From contig NC_043007.1 in the NCBI RefSeq assembly GCF_006345805.1, positions 12,772,001 to 12,836,000 on the forward strand: 64,000 nt of DNA. The letters are read 5' to 3'. Under the pieces are notes generated by a model. The model was not told the DNA's origin. It was given only the letters and a program-made list of their open reading frames with translations, and made no database searches. Below, piece by piece: positions 45,949-59,821 of the stretch. Source of the DNA: Octopus sinensis. Lineage: Eukaryota. Every line of letters starts with the position of its first letter. Position 1 is the first letter of the stretch. A program made the translations under genes and the position numbers.

Positions 45949-46599
45949 TAGTTTAACAAGTACCACACTGAAATAAATATCATGATTGATGTGACTAACA
46001 AACCCCTCTAAGTCAAGGGAGAACCACAGCATATCTACAGTCTAACGATTGAAACCAGTGAAAGAATAAAAGCACAATCAAGTATCTTAAATTTGCTACG
46101 ATGGGTTTTGTTTTTTGTCCAGTAGGGGGTCCAAGAATCACCCCCTTCACCAAGCAAGTAAGCTCGATGAGATTACCAGTCTAGTCACTGATAAACTGAT
46201 CATGCAACAGGTTGTACAGGGTTACGTATTACCAGAAGTGGTCAAGAATAATGTGATGATTGCAGAGAGGGGAATGGTCCTCATTTATGGGGATTAGCTG
46301 CAATTATACTTAAAATAAGCAGCCTCTGATCAAACATGTTGCCCTTACTGGGTTACATTAGGCTTACTGGAAAGAGTAAACCTCAATAATAAAAATCCTG
46401 GTTTGATGCTGTGGGAACTGGCATGTAGCTGATGCAAGCTTCAAACAAACTTATATCATGGATCTCTACATTATCCACTGCATCGTTGTTTTCTAGACTG
46501 CTACATGGGGACATGTGACAGTTACCAAAAAACCATAATCTGCATGGAGTGTATGCAACCCATTCATTTTTCTTCCTTTCGTTACCCACATGCAGGTGA

Positions 46600-46725
46600 T
46601 TGTTGGACACTTGCCCAAGGTGCCACGGCATGGCGCCTTGGGCAAGTGTCTTCTACTATAGCCTCGGGCCTACCAAAGCCTTGTGAGTGGATTTGGTGGA
46701 TGGAAACTGAAAAAAGCCCACCGTA

Positions 46726-46786
<61 letters not shown>

Positions 46787-46995
46787 TTGTGTGTCTGTGT
46801 TTGTCCCCCTCAACATCTCTTGACAACCGATGCTGGTGTGTTTACGTCTCCGTAACTTAGCGGTTTGGCAAAAGAGACCGATAGAATAAGTACTAGGCTT
46901 ACAAAGAATAAGTTCTGGGGTCGATTTGCTCAACTAAAGGCAGTGCTCCAGCTTGGCCACAGTCAAATGACTGAAACAAGTAAAAGACTAAAAGA
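46600..46995 (+). mobile_element. SINE family C
   Basis: Same organisation as 37791-38230, 5' truncated. Confidence 0.8.
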
Positions 46996-47824
46996 GTAAC
47001 CCCTGTCAATGAAAGATCAAAAAGCTAATGAAAGATCAAAATGACAAGGCCTAATTGGGAGCCCGACCAAATTAATTAAGTTGCAATGCTGCATTATTCA
47101 GACATATGTAAATTGTATAATTTCAAGCATAATGAATCTTCATTTGGATGTAAAAGAGAAAAGTGGTCATTCCTACACAATCTTTGCAAAAATAAGACTA
47201 TCGAATTTCATCAAAAGAGACTGTTATGGGAGATTAGTATCAGAAACTAAGATGAACTGTTTTTTTGATTTATTAGCAAATTTGACTGAGTTTTTCTGAA
47301 TTAGATCTCTTCTTCTGCAAAACCTAAGTATCGTATTGCCAAAAGCAAAGACAGATTGAAAGATTTATCCTCTACTCAAACACAAATACAGTTTTCGTTT
47401 TTGGAGGTTTTTCTTTTCTTTTTAATAATTCTCTGATAAACCAAAAAGGAAAATATGTATTTTATATATAAAAACAAATGCAATTTTCTGTAGCTGCAAA
47501 GCTATTCTTCTCTGGTTTTTCTCAGAATCTTCAAAGGCTAAGAAAAAGAATATCTCGAGATTGGTTGTGAAATATAATACTTCAATAGTTTAACAGCTGA
47601 ACTTTTGATTGAAGTTCATCAATTGAAGTGTTTTAGAGAGTCCTGATTTCTTTTGGTAAATAATTCAATGGATCTTTGTCCTGGATAAAGAACAATATTG
47701 TTTCATCTGTGAATGATAATTTAATAAGCTAATTATATTAAACTCTGCTAAATGAGGTGGCAGTTTTAATCTGTGTCTAAGAAAATGTGTACATTCACTG
47801 ACACCACGCACACATATGCCTACT

Positions 47825-48193
47825 TATTCATGCACCTTCCTGCTTGGATCATCGTTATCATTGTCGTTGTTATCACTCTCATCATCATCATCATCCTCGT
47901 CGTCATCATCATTATCATCATCATCATCATCATTGTTGTCGTCATCGATGTTGTAGTAATCATCATCCTTGTCGTTATCATCATCATCAACATCGTCGTG
48001 GTTATCATATCATTATCATCATCATCATCAACATCATCGTTGTCATCATCATCATAGTTGTCGTCATCATCATCATCATTTGCCGAACGTGCCACACAGT
48101 GGGACTGAACCCGAAACCATGTGGTTGGTAAGAAAGCTACTTACCACATAGCCACTCCTGTGCCTATGTGTATATATATATATATATATCATC

Positions 48194-48226
<33 letters not shown>

Positions 48227-48400
48227 TCATCATATATATATATATATGTATATATATATATCATCATATATATATGTATATATATATATATGTATGTATA
48301 TATATATATGTATATGTATATTTATGTATTTATTTTTATATATATATACACACACAGATACACACACACACAATGTACACACACACACACATATTTGAAG
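47825..48400. repeat. Degenerate (CAT/CGT)n and (TA)n/(CA)n microsatellites with a SINE C head
   Basis: Direct inspection; accounts for the poly-I/H/D ORFs. Confidence 0.9.
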
Positions 48401-49619
48401 TTTCTTTCAGTTTCTCTCTATCATATCTGCTGACAAGGTGTTGGCTGGCCCAAGGCTACAGTAAAAAACAGTTGCCAAGATGCCACACGCTGGAACTGAA
48501 CCCAGCTCCACATGGTTGAGAAGTAAATTTCTCAAATACATACCATATATCTAATTTTATCAAAATCTCTTATTAAGAGTTTTGATTTTTTAAAAATTCA
48601 TTCAGTATATTCACATTTGTTTGAGAATTTACTTATAAGACGTACTTTCAATTTTTTTTCCTGTCTCTCTCCAATAAAGCTTTCTAAAGTTCTTTTTCTT
48701 TTTATTGAATTTTGTTGTATTTTTGCTGTTGAGAGGAAATATGAAAACACTTTTATTTTGAAGATTCCCACTTGTAACTTATTCACACAATGAGAACAGT
48801 CAGGTTTTCTGGCTTTTTATGATAAAGCAATCAATAATAATATTTTTATGTATTTATCGAGAAAATATTGTGTATACTCAGAATTCCCACAAACCATTTA
48901 ACACTCAGATCACCCCCCTCTCTCTCTCTTTCTCTCTCTCTCTCTCACTCTCTCCCCTCTCTCTGTCTTTCTCCCTCTCTCTCTCTCTCTCTGTCTCTCT
49001 CTTTCTCTCTCTCCCTCTCTCTTCCTCTGTCTGTCTGTCTCTCTCTCTCTCCCTCTGTCTGTCTGTCTCTCCCCCCTCTCCCTCTCTAATGCTGTGCTTA
49101 TTTAGTCACACTATCTTCTAGATGTTTCTTCACTAGCAAACATTAAAACTATGATATTAACTTCTGATTGTGTCACTTGGTTTGGTTATTTTTCATTCAT
49201 GCTTTTAAGACATTTTCATTATGCTGATCTAATTACAATATACAGGTTTGGTCAAATCATGCATTTTAATAAATCATCAACATCATCACCATCATCATTT
49301 ACCATCTGTTGTCCATATTGGCATGGGTTAGACAGTTTGACTGGGTTGGCATGCTGGAAGGCTGCACCGAGCTCCAGTCTGATTTGGCATGGTTTTCTAC
49401 AGCTGGATGCCCTTCCTAACGCCAGCCAAAAGTGTAATGGATGCTTTTACATGCCACTGGCACAAGTGCCATCTGCATGGTGGCAGGGTACATTTACGTG
49501 TCACCAGCACAGGTGCCAATTTGCATGAGACTGGTATCTGCCATGACTGCGATTTTACTCAGCTTCATGGGTCTTTTTCTCAAGCACAACATAATGCCAA
49601 AGGTCTTGATCATTGCCTC

Positions 49620-50015
49620 TGTGAGCCCCAATACTTGAAAGGAACTCGGCCACTTTGCTTCTGTGAGGTCCAACTCTCAAAAGGAACTCAGCCACTTTGC
49701 CTCCGTAAGGTCCAACATTTGAAAGGAACTCGGCCACTTTGCCTCCGTAAGGTCCAATGCTCAAAAGGAACTCAGTCACCTTCACTCCTTGAGGCTCAAT
49801 GCTCAAAAGGAACCCAGCCATTTTGCCTCCATGAGGCCCAATGCTTGAAAGGAACTCTGCCACTTTGCCTCTCTAAGGCCCAACACTCAAAAGAAACTCA
49901 GCCACTTTGCCTCCTTTCAAGCATTGGGCTTCACGGAAGCAAAATGGCTGAGTTCCTTTTGAGTATTGGGCCTTAGAGAGGCAAAGTGGCTGAGTTTCTT
50001 TTGAGTGTTGGGCCT
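49620..50015. repeat. 42-bp minisatellite, 7 direct copies plus ~2 inverted copies
   Basis: GGAAC motif at 49641, 49683, 49725, 49767, 49809, 49851 (variant at 49893); reverse-complement units from ~49920. Confidence 0.9.
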
Positions 50016-50744
50016 CATGGAGTGGAGTGGAAAGTGATGTTGTGAGATTCATTTGGTGAAGAGATGGATGGCCAGACAAGAGCAGGTAATGTGACAGGGG
50101 TGAGCAACGAAAGAGGTGAGACGAATAGCGAAGGGTCAGGGGTGAGGGTCAGAAAATTGGACAGGATGCTGGAGTGATGCGTTACTCAAGCAGACATGGC
50201 TTGAGATACAGTCATGATGACCGGTTAGGGCAGTGCGAGAGTAGGCGGGGAAGAGGTGGGGGTAAAGTGGCAGGAGGGGAGAATTCATAATAAACATATC
50301 AGTTGTATCCATACGCAAGAAGGCACACACACACACACACACCTGAAGATACACAGTAACATATGCATATATTCACACACATACACATACACGTACACAT
50401 ATACAAATACCCACAAACATATATCATCATCATCATCATCATCATTTTCAATGGGCTTTATTTTTCATGAATTGAACCAGACTCCTGCATGCTATAGCCT
50501 CATGGCCAAATGCCTTTACTTGTTTTCAAATAATTTTATTCGAATGATCTTCATACATTGACCCACCGAATGGGACAGTTGTGTTTACGAGGAGGAATAA
50601 ACAAACTTCAACACTGCTCCAGGAGTGTCAATGTAAGGACAAACAAAGACAAACACATGCACAGACACACATACACACACATGATGCATACATATATATA
50701 CATACACACAAACATACATATACATATATGCAAATTTATCCATC

Positions 50745-50750
50745 TACCTG

Positions 50751-50799
<49 letters not shown>

Positions 50800-50826
50800 T
50801 TATCTGTCTGTCTGTCTGTCTGTCTA

Positions 50827-50897
<71 letters not shown>

Positions 50898-50937
50898 GTC
50901 TATCTATCTATCTATCTATTGATAGATGGATGGATGA

Positions 50938-50990
<53 letters not shown>
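50745..50990. repeat. (TCTA)n/(TCTG)n followed by (TAGA)n
   Basis: Direct inspection. Confidence 0.95.
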
Positions 50991-50993
<3 letters not shown>

Positions 50994-51779
50994 ACAGAAA
51001 GACACATTGGCAGGTAGGCAAGCAGGGAGACAAACAGACATACTGACAGACAGATAGATAGCTAAATACAAGGGGCTTCCACACAGTTTTCATTCACCAA
51101 ATTTCACCTCACAAGGCATTGGCCAAGCCAAAGCTTTAATAGAAGACAGTAAGCCAATGTGGAATATAGCTAGACTAAAGCCGAAACTACATGGTTATAA
51201 ATTGGACTTCTTAATCAAATAGCCATAGGTCTATGCAAAACTTATCACTAACTTCTCTCCTCCTCATCACCATTTTATGTCCTCCTTCCATATTGACATG
51301 GGTTGGACAGTTTTTCACAGTCCAAATCAATGCTTTCATAGAAGGGTTGGAAGGTCCCTATCTTACATATGCCTTCATTTCTGTCTTGGTTCCTGCAGTT
51401 GGAAGCCATTCCTATCAGCAACCTCTTTGCTAAATCTAATGACTGCATTTTATTGTGGCACCAGCAGTAGAGGGGTTGTCATGTCCTCAACAATACGAGA
51501 CTAAGGCGATCTAATCAGTTCCTCAATGTCAAACACATGAATTGACATTCACTTCAAAACATTATATGGCTGACTGAATTAGCAAAGTGATTCGATCTTG
51601 TGGTATTAATGGTATCATAACTTTTCCAAGTCAGTCTCCCACTTCAGAATGCAGTAAAAAAGTTAACCATTTCTCATTTTTCAAAACAGATTTTAATGAC
51701 TGGTTCACACAAATCAGCATGGGCATGTCCAGGTCACCAGTGTATAAGAACAGACACCTGTACGTACACACACACAGAT

Positions 51780-51792
51780 CTATGTATGTATG

Positions 51793-51826
<34 letters not shown>

Positions 51827-52766
51827 TGTATGTATGTATGTATGTATGTATGTATGTATGTATGTATGTATGTATGTATGTATGTATGTATGTATGTATG
51901 TATGTATGTATGTATGTATGTATGTATGTATGTATATACGTATGTATGTATGTGTGCATGTATGTGTGTATGTATGTATGTATGTATGTGTGTGTGTGTA
52001 TGTGTATGTATGTATGTATTATGTATGTATGTGTGTATGTATGTATGTATTTATGTGTGTGTATGTGTGTATGTGTGTATGTATGTGGTATGTATGTGTG
52101 TATGTATGTATGTATGTATGTATGTATGTATGTTTGTATGTATGTATGTATGTATGTAGGTATGTATGTATGTATGTATGTATGTTTGTATGTATATACG
52201 TATGTATGTATGTGTGCATGTATGTGTGTATGTATGTATGTATGTATGTATGTGTGTGTGTATGTATGTATGTAAGTATGTATGTATGTGTGTATGTATG
52301 TATGTATTTATGTGTGTGTGTATGTGTGTATGTATGTATGTATGTATGTATGTATGTATGTATGTATGTATGTATGTTTGTATGTATATAGTATGTATGT
52401 ATGTGTGCATGTATGTGTGTATTATGTATGTATGTATGTATGTATGTGTGTGTATGTGTATGTATGTATGTATGTATGTTGTATGTATGTATGTATGTGT
52501 ATGTATGTATGTGTGTGTGTATGTGTGTATGTGTGTATGTATGTGTGTATGTATGTGTGTATGTATGTATGTATGTATGTTTGTATGTATGTTTGTATGT
52601 ATGTATGTATGTATGTAGGTATGTATGTATGTATGTATGTGTGTATGTATGTATGTATGTGTGTATGTATGTATGTAGGTATGTATGTATGTATGTATGT
52701 GTGTATGTATGTATGTATGTGTGTGTGTATGTGTGTATGTATGCATGTGTGTATGTATGTATGTAT
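51780..52766. repeat. ~1 kb (TATG)n satellite
   Basis: Direct inspection; source of the MYVC/HTYI ORFs. Confidence 0.97.
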
Positions 52767-52904
52767 TTAATAAATCTTTTTATATATAAAACGGTGAAAT
52801 GGTGTAGATAAAGCTATAAATAATAGCTTTTAGAATATTGAATTAAAACAAAAACAGGGAGCACACACGTCAAATTTGGTGAAATTCAGTTGAAAATTGT
52901 CAGA

Positions 52905-52905
52905 G

Positions 52906-52960
<55 letters not shown>

Positions 52961-52963
52961 GAG

Positions 52964-53009
<46 letters not shown>

Positions 53010-53117
53010 GAGTATAATAATAATAATAATAATAATAGAGTATAATAATAATAATAATAATAGAGTATAATAATAATAATAATAATAGAGTATAATAATA
53101 ATATAATAATAATAGAG

Positions 53118-53156
<39 letters not shown>

Positions 53157-53316
53157 GAGTATAATAATAATAATAATAATATAATAATAATAATAATATA
53201 ATAATAGAGTATAATAATAATAATAATATAGAGTATAATAATAATATAATAATAGAGTATAATAATATAATAATAATAATAATAATAATAAAATAATAAT
53301 AATAATAATAATAGAG

Positions 53317-53350
<34 letters not shown>

Positions 53351-53468
53351 TAATAATAATAGAGTATAATAATAATAATAATAATAATAGAGTATATAAT
53401 AATAATAATATAGAGTATAATAATAATAATAATAATAGAGTATAATAATAATAATAATAATAATAGAG

Positions 53469-53499
<31 letters not shown>

Positions 53500-53510
53500 T
53501 AATAATAGAG

Positions 53511-53556
<46 letters not shown>

Positions 53557-53633
53557 GAGTATAATAATAATAATAATAATAGAGTATAATAATAATAATA
53601 ATAATAGAGTATAATAATAATAATAATATAGAG

Positions 53634-53670
<37 letters not shown>

Positions 53671-53690
53671 GAGTATAATAATAATAGTAG
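52905..53690. repeat. Compound (TAA)n array punctuated by GAGTA
   Basis: [(TAA)n-TAGAG-TA] units; source of the poly-I/L/Y ORFs. Confidence 0.97.
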
Positions 53691-53989
53691 AAGTGGTTCA
53701 CACAACACATACACAGACAGATAGACAACTTGCCTTTTAATGTGTAAAATAGATAACTACCACCCGGATTGATGTGTTTGAGCATTAGCATTATTTTGTT
53801 TGTTTTAACTTTGAGTTGGTTACCGTTTTAAAGGAACATTCTGTTGAGTTTTTACAAAGCACTTTGATCATTCCATAAACTGTGATTTCTATATAACCAG
53901 ACAGCTTTTCCCATGACATTAGCAATGTACTGGATACTTTCTGTTGACAATAGTGACTGGTTTTATTGTCAACAGATTTTTTATTGTTT

Positions 53990-54285
53990 CATACACAGAC
54001 ACAGACACACTCACACACACACACATACACATGCCGACATACATGTGCACACACTCAGACACACACACACACACAAACACTCTCTCTCACATACAAACAC
54101 TCACACAAATACTCACACACGCACATACACACTTACAAACACACACACAGACACACACATACATGTGCATGTACACACACACACACACACATGCACACAC
54201 ACTCACACACAAACATACAAACACTCTCTCTCTCTCACACATGAACACTCACACAAACACTCACAGACACACACAACTACACATG
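53990..54285. repeat. Degenerate (CA)n
   Basis: Direct inspection. Confidence 0.9.
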
Positions 54286-54470
54286 CACTTATACTCATGT
54301 GGGAAGTCTATGCTATTCAAGTAGTCCAGCCCATGCAAGCATGGAGATGTAGGCATTAAAATGATGATGATACACATACATATACGATGGTTGTCTACTC
54401 CTCATGCAGTGCCTGACACCTCTTGTACCTACACCTTAGATCAACCATGCCGTCTGATGTGGCTTTTTAA

Positions 54471-54690
54471 CCCTTTCGTTACCAACCCGGCTGAAATCGG
54501 CTCTGGCTCTGTCGTACAAATGTCTTGTTTTCATAAGTTTTGAATTAAAATCTTCCACCAAACCTTAATCACAATTTATGTACCAAACACAAGCCGAATG
54601 ATAACTAAGTTACTTTACTAAATTCTTTGTTATATTTAAAGTAATTGAAAGAAACTCAGAGCATCTCAAAATAAATATGGTAACGAAAGG
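54471..54690. mobile_element. piggyBac-type MITE, opposite orientation, one end clipped
   Basis: TTAA|CCCTTTCGTTAC...GTAACGAAAGG; abuts a LINE fragment. Confidence 0.7.
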
Positions 54691-54694
54691 ACCA

Positions 54695-54960
54695 GACAAT
54701 GTTCAGAAAAGACGCCCACATAGATTACATATCCGATTTGGACCACCAGGAGCTGCAGTTAAGGTCTGATCTTTGTGGATCTTAAATATATCTTTTGAGG
54801 CCTCCATTTGATTTGCAGACCTTATGGCATTCATTACATTGACAGGTTTGCACAGAATAATTGGTGGAGGTTCATTTTTCATGGGTCCACAAATGAGATT
54901 TGAGCCCAGCAAAAGAAAGACATGGTCTGTCACAAACTGTGCACACAAAGAGGTCATTGT
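54695..54960 (-). mobile_element. LINE C-terminal fragment (RTE-like)
   Basis: KIHKDQTLTAAPGGPNRICNLCGRLF, resembling the terminal Cys motif of RTE-type ORFs. Confidence 0.45.
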
Positions 54961-55031
54961 GACATTCTACTTTAAATCTCTGAGTCTTGCATGGGTTATC
55001 CTGACCTCTTCAAACACCTTCACTCCACTCC

Positions 55032-55034
55032 ATG

Positions 55035-55066
<32 letters not shown>

Positions 55067-55830
55067 CATACATACATACATACATACACACACACATACA
55101 TACATACATGCATACATACATACATACATACATGCATACATACACACATACATACATGCATACATACATACATGCATACATATATGCATACATGCATACA
55201 TACATACATACATACATACACACATGCATACATACATACATACATACATACATACATACATGCATACACACACACATGCATACATACATGCATACATAAA
55301 TACATACATACATACATACATACATGCATACATGCATACATACATACATACATACATACATACATGCATACATACATACATACATACATGCATACATACA
55401 TACATGCATACATACATGCATACATACACACATACATACATGCATACATACATACATACATACATACATACATGCATACATACATACATACATACATGCA
55501 TACATACATGCATACATGCATACATACATACATACATGCATATGCACTGTCACTCACACACACGTACACACACACATATTGTAACTCAACACTGGCCTGC
55601 AACTTGCTGGTCCCTTGACAAACCATCTTACCTTTGCCAACATGGAAAGCAGATGTTAAATGGCGATGATGATGATGATGAGGATGATGATGATGATGGA
55701 TGATGATGATGGTGGTGGTGGTGGTGGTGGTGGTGGTGATGATGATAATATATACATATACTAACATACTCTTCCTATGCATATGTATGTGTGGGTATAC
55801 ATATATGTATGTATGTATGAATATATATAC

Positions 55831-55892
<62 letters not shown>

Positions 55893-55896
55893 ATAT

Positions 55897-55928
<32 letters not shown>

Positions 55929-55937
55929 GTGTGTATA

Positions 55938-55968
<31 letters not shown>

Positions 55969-56018
55969 ACATGTATGTGTATATATATACATATATATAT
56001 ATATTATATATATATTTA

Positions 56019-56070
<52 letters not shown>

Positions 56071-56115
56071 TGTACATATATATATATGTATATATATATA
56101 TTATATATATATATA

Positions 56116-56151
<36 letters not shown>

Positions 56152-56205
56152 TGTACATATATATATATGTATGTATGTATATATATATATATACACATGT
56201 ACAGA
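55032..56205. repeat. (CATA)n/(CATG)n satellite, then (GAT)n(GGT)n and (TA)n
   Basis: Direct inspection. Confidence 0.95.
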
Positions 56206-56369
56206 GAGAGAGAGTATTTGGTTAGGGAGACAATGGTAGTGGTTGAGTAACACTACACAAATACAACAACCAGTAATAATAAACAGTTAATAAGCTCGAA
56301 TCTTCCCAGCTGTTCTTGCTCGCTTTTCTACTTTTGTTAGAACCCCCCCCCTTTGTCATTTAAAACACA

Positions 56370-57070
56370 ATATGTATGTGTGTGTGTGTGTGTGTGTGTA
56401 TGTGTGTTTTCAGATGTTTCTGCCTTTGTATGTATAAGTGTAAGTGTATGATTGTGTGTGTGTGTGAACTTGTAAGTTTCTGTGTGTTTTTTCCCTTGTG
56501 TGTATGTGTGTGCTTATTTCTAAGGTATGCAAGTATTGACCCTTCATTGATCTGGTCACAGCTTTTATTTCATTTCAAGGATTGGGCAGGCAGGGGAGGT
56601 CCTGGTATCTCTCATTCATAATGTGTGTGCGTGTGTGTGTGCATGTATGCGTGTGTGTGTGCATGTGTGTGTGTGTGTGCATGTGTGTGTTGCATGCATG
56701 TACACACGTAGGTATGTGTGCATGTGTGTGTGGTAGTGCATGCATATCTGTGTGCATGTGTGTATTGCATGTGCCTGTGTGTGTGTGCATGCATGTGTGA
56801 GTGCATGCATGCATGTGAGTGTGTGTGTTGCATGTGTGTACATGTGCATGCATGCTTGAATGTGTGTACGTGTGTGTGTGTGTTGCATGTGTGTGGGTGC
56901 GTATGTGCATGTGTGTGCGTGTGTGAGTGCATGCATGTATGTGTGTGTGAGTGCATATGTTGCGTGCGTGTGTGTCTGCACATGCATATTTGTGTATGCA
57001 TGTCTTTATGTGTATACGTCTTTTTCTCTTTCCTGCTAAATATACACACACACACACACACACACATATA
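56370..57070. repeat. Degenerate (TG)n/(TGCA)n
   Basis: Direct inspection. Confidence 0.9.
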
Positions 57071-57536
57071 ATTATTTATTATATAATTTTTGTTGTTGTT
57101 GTTGTTTAGCCCTAGGCAAATACTGGTTGAACTGACCATGATCAAAGGCATTTCTGTCATCATCCATTTTTTAAAGTTTTCTTTTTCAATTTTTTCATTG
57201 TGCCTACTCAAAACTGCATTACTCAACCTTTCCTTCTGTTTTAGGATAATAGGATGCAATTTGAGGAACAGGTCTTTGCAAGTGCAGTTTATTGCCCAAT
57301 GATTGAAGGGTATTCTTAAACGGGACGGTTATGCTGCACTGGCATAGGCCACGGTTATGATCTCACTTGGCTTGCTGGGTCTTGTCCATAAATTTAGAAA
57401 CAAAATGTAAAATGGCTTTAGAATTTGAGGAAACAAAATGATTAATTTCCATCTTATTTTATAAAGTAAACTTAAGACTAGAAATTTCATTTTTTCATAC
57501 TTTATATTTCTTTATACTTTTTGATATTTAGAGTAG

Positions 57537-58605
57537 TAAAGGCGCTGGCAGAATGGTTAGCACATCAGGCAAAATGCTTAGCGGTATTTCGCCTGTCACA
57601 ATGTTCTGAGTTCAAATTCGGCTGAGGTCAACTTTGCCTTTCATCCTTTTGAGGTCGATAAATTAAGTACCTGTTGTGTACTGGGCTTCAATCTAATCGA
57701 CTGGCCGCCTCCCCACAAATTTCAAGCCTTGTGCCTATAATAGAAAGGATATCGGTGGCATGTAAAATGCACCATCCGAACATGGCCGATGCCAGCACCA
57801 CCTGACTGGCGTCTGTGTCAGTAACACATAAAAAGCACCAATCGTTCGAGGCCATTTGCCAGCCTCCTCTAGCCCCTGTGCCGGTGGCACATAAAAAGCA
57901 CCCACTACACTCACGGAGTGGTTGGTGTTAGGAAGGGCATCCAGCTGTAAAAACACTGCCAGATCAGACTGCTAGCATGGAAAACGGACGTTAAGTGATG
58001 ATGATTAAGACTAGTAAAATTCAAACTAAAAACTAAAAATGTTTAATAATTCCTCATTTAAACTTTGGTGGTGATCTGGCAGAATTCTTCGCATGTCAGG
58101 CAAAATGCTTGGCGGCATTTCATCTGTTTTGAGTTCAAATTCTGCCATGGTCGACTTTACCTTTCATACTTTCGAATTCGATAAAATAATTACCAGTCGA
58201 ACACCAGGGTCAATGCAATCAACTTTCCCACTCCTCCCGAAAATGCTGGCCTTGTACCAAAATTTGAAACTACTATACCTCTACTGTTTGGGGAATACAC
58301 AGGGAAGGTAAGGACAAATTACCGTGTATTTATTTAATTAAGTCCCTTTGATTTCTGAGTTCAGATTTTGCCATGGTTGACTTTGTATTTCAGTGGGGAA
58401 AAAACATACCAGTTACTCTCTTGAGTTAGTATAAACTAGCGTACCCTCCTTTAAAATTTGTGACTTTGGCGTTAGGAAGGGCATCCAGCCGTAGAAACAT
58501 TGCCAGATCAGACTGGGCCTGGTGCAGCCTTCTGGCTTCCCAGACCCCAGTTGAACCGTCCAACCCATGCTAGCATGGAAAGCGGACGCTAAATGATGAT
58601 GATGT
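57537..58605 (+). mobile_element. Cluster of family A and B SINEs
   Basis: A ~57537-57748 and ~58068-58268; B ~57755-58005 and ~58465-58605. Confidence 0.7.
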
Positions 58606-59513
58606 ACCAGTTATGAATTTCTATTGTGTAAGGGACATAATTCTTGGATTACAAGTAGCACAGTTGTCAAACTTGGAACCAAAAAAAAAAACAGGTAAAG
58701 ATAATTCTTCTTCTTCTTCTATTACCTTCTTCTTCCCTCATAGCCACCACAAACCTTCCATAAAATACATGGCTTGACATGCCGTTGACCACATTGTCCA
58801 GTTGGTTGAGTGCAGTGAATCTTTGGTAACATTCCAAATGCCAGATTCCCAACCCCGGTCAGCATTGAGATGATGTATGGTAAAACCTGCTTCATCAAAG
58901 GCAAATACACACATCCACTGTCTTTCCTAGTTCGGGAATCCCTGCTGGAGTGTCAGCTTCAGCACACACCTGTGCGTTGTTAAAAATTGGGAATCCAAGA
59001 CTCTCATAGAGTCGGTGAGTCTCCTGACAAGAGTCACCTATCCCTTCCACAAGAAGTGAAAGGATATCTAGACAGGTATTTCCTGGGATAAGGCATGATA
59101 GTCAGACCTTTACTGAAATACAGGTATTAGCCACTTCTGCATGACCTTTCAGCTTGACAGTCTCAGCCTATTCTCAATTAAAACTGGCTTCTCTACCCAT
59201 GAGATCTTCCTACATCCTTTCGCACCTGGGGAACCCAAACATCTCAACCAGCCTTTTGGTCCAGCAACAGAAGCCACTGGTTCTCAAACTGGGATCTGTA
59301 TCCTTAAGGTTTACAAAGAAACTACTAAATGATGGGAGTCCATGAGCTGATGATATCAACATTTGTCTGGCAGATCATTTCGAAATCTTGGAATCCTCAA
59401 AAAAAGGGTCCTTGGAAAAGATACATGTTGCCTACAACAAATCCCAAAGTGGTGCTTCCCCCATAAAAGTGCCACCCGGGGTGTAGCTCTCCAGCCGGCC
59501 AGCTCTGGTCAAA

Positions 59514-59796
59514 CCATTAGACTCATCCAACTCTTTCCAAATCCTCTGCACTGTCCACAGATGGACACCCAAACACTCTGAAATGTTCGTATTGGAGCTT
59601 CTGGTGCGAATGCCAAGCAGTACAGCATGTTGTTTCCAAATTTCTGGCAGAGTGAAATGCATCATGGTGCTGTTTTTCTCACAGACGGTGCCCAACTGAC
59701 CCTACTACACTGTGTAGCTGACAAAATCAAAAACAAACAATGCACATGCACGAAATTAGAAATATAAAATGGTGACAGTCTACCCATCGCACCCTG
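59514..59796 (-). mobile_element. Tc1-like transposon 5' end
   Basis: TA|CAGGGTGCGATGGG terminus; ATG at 59665 gives MMHFTLPEIWKQHAVLLGIRTRSSNTNISECLGVHLWTVQRIWKELDESNG (paired-like HTH). Confidence 0.7.
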
Positions 59797-59821
59797 TATA
59801 CATACATATACATATTCTCTC

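Noticed and set aside
49389-49976. 195-aa repeat-protein-like ORF
   Set aside because: Starts in a SINE and stays open only because the minisatellite unit is 42 bp.
58700-59510. Gene fragment upstream of the Tc1 end
   Set aside because: Multiple stops in every frame; at best an old retroelement relic that I cannot classify.
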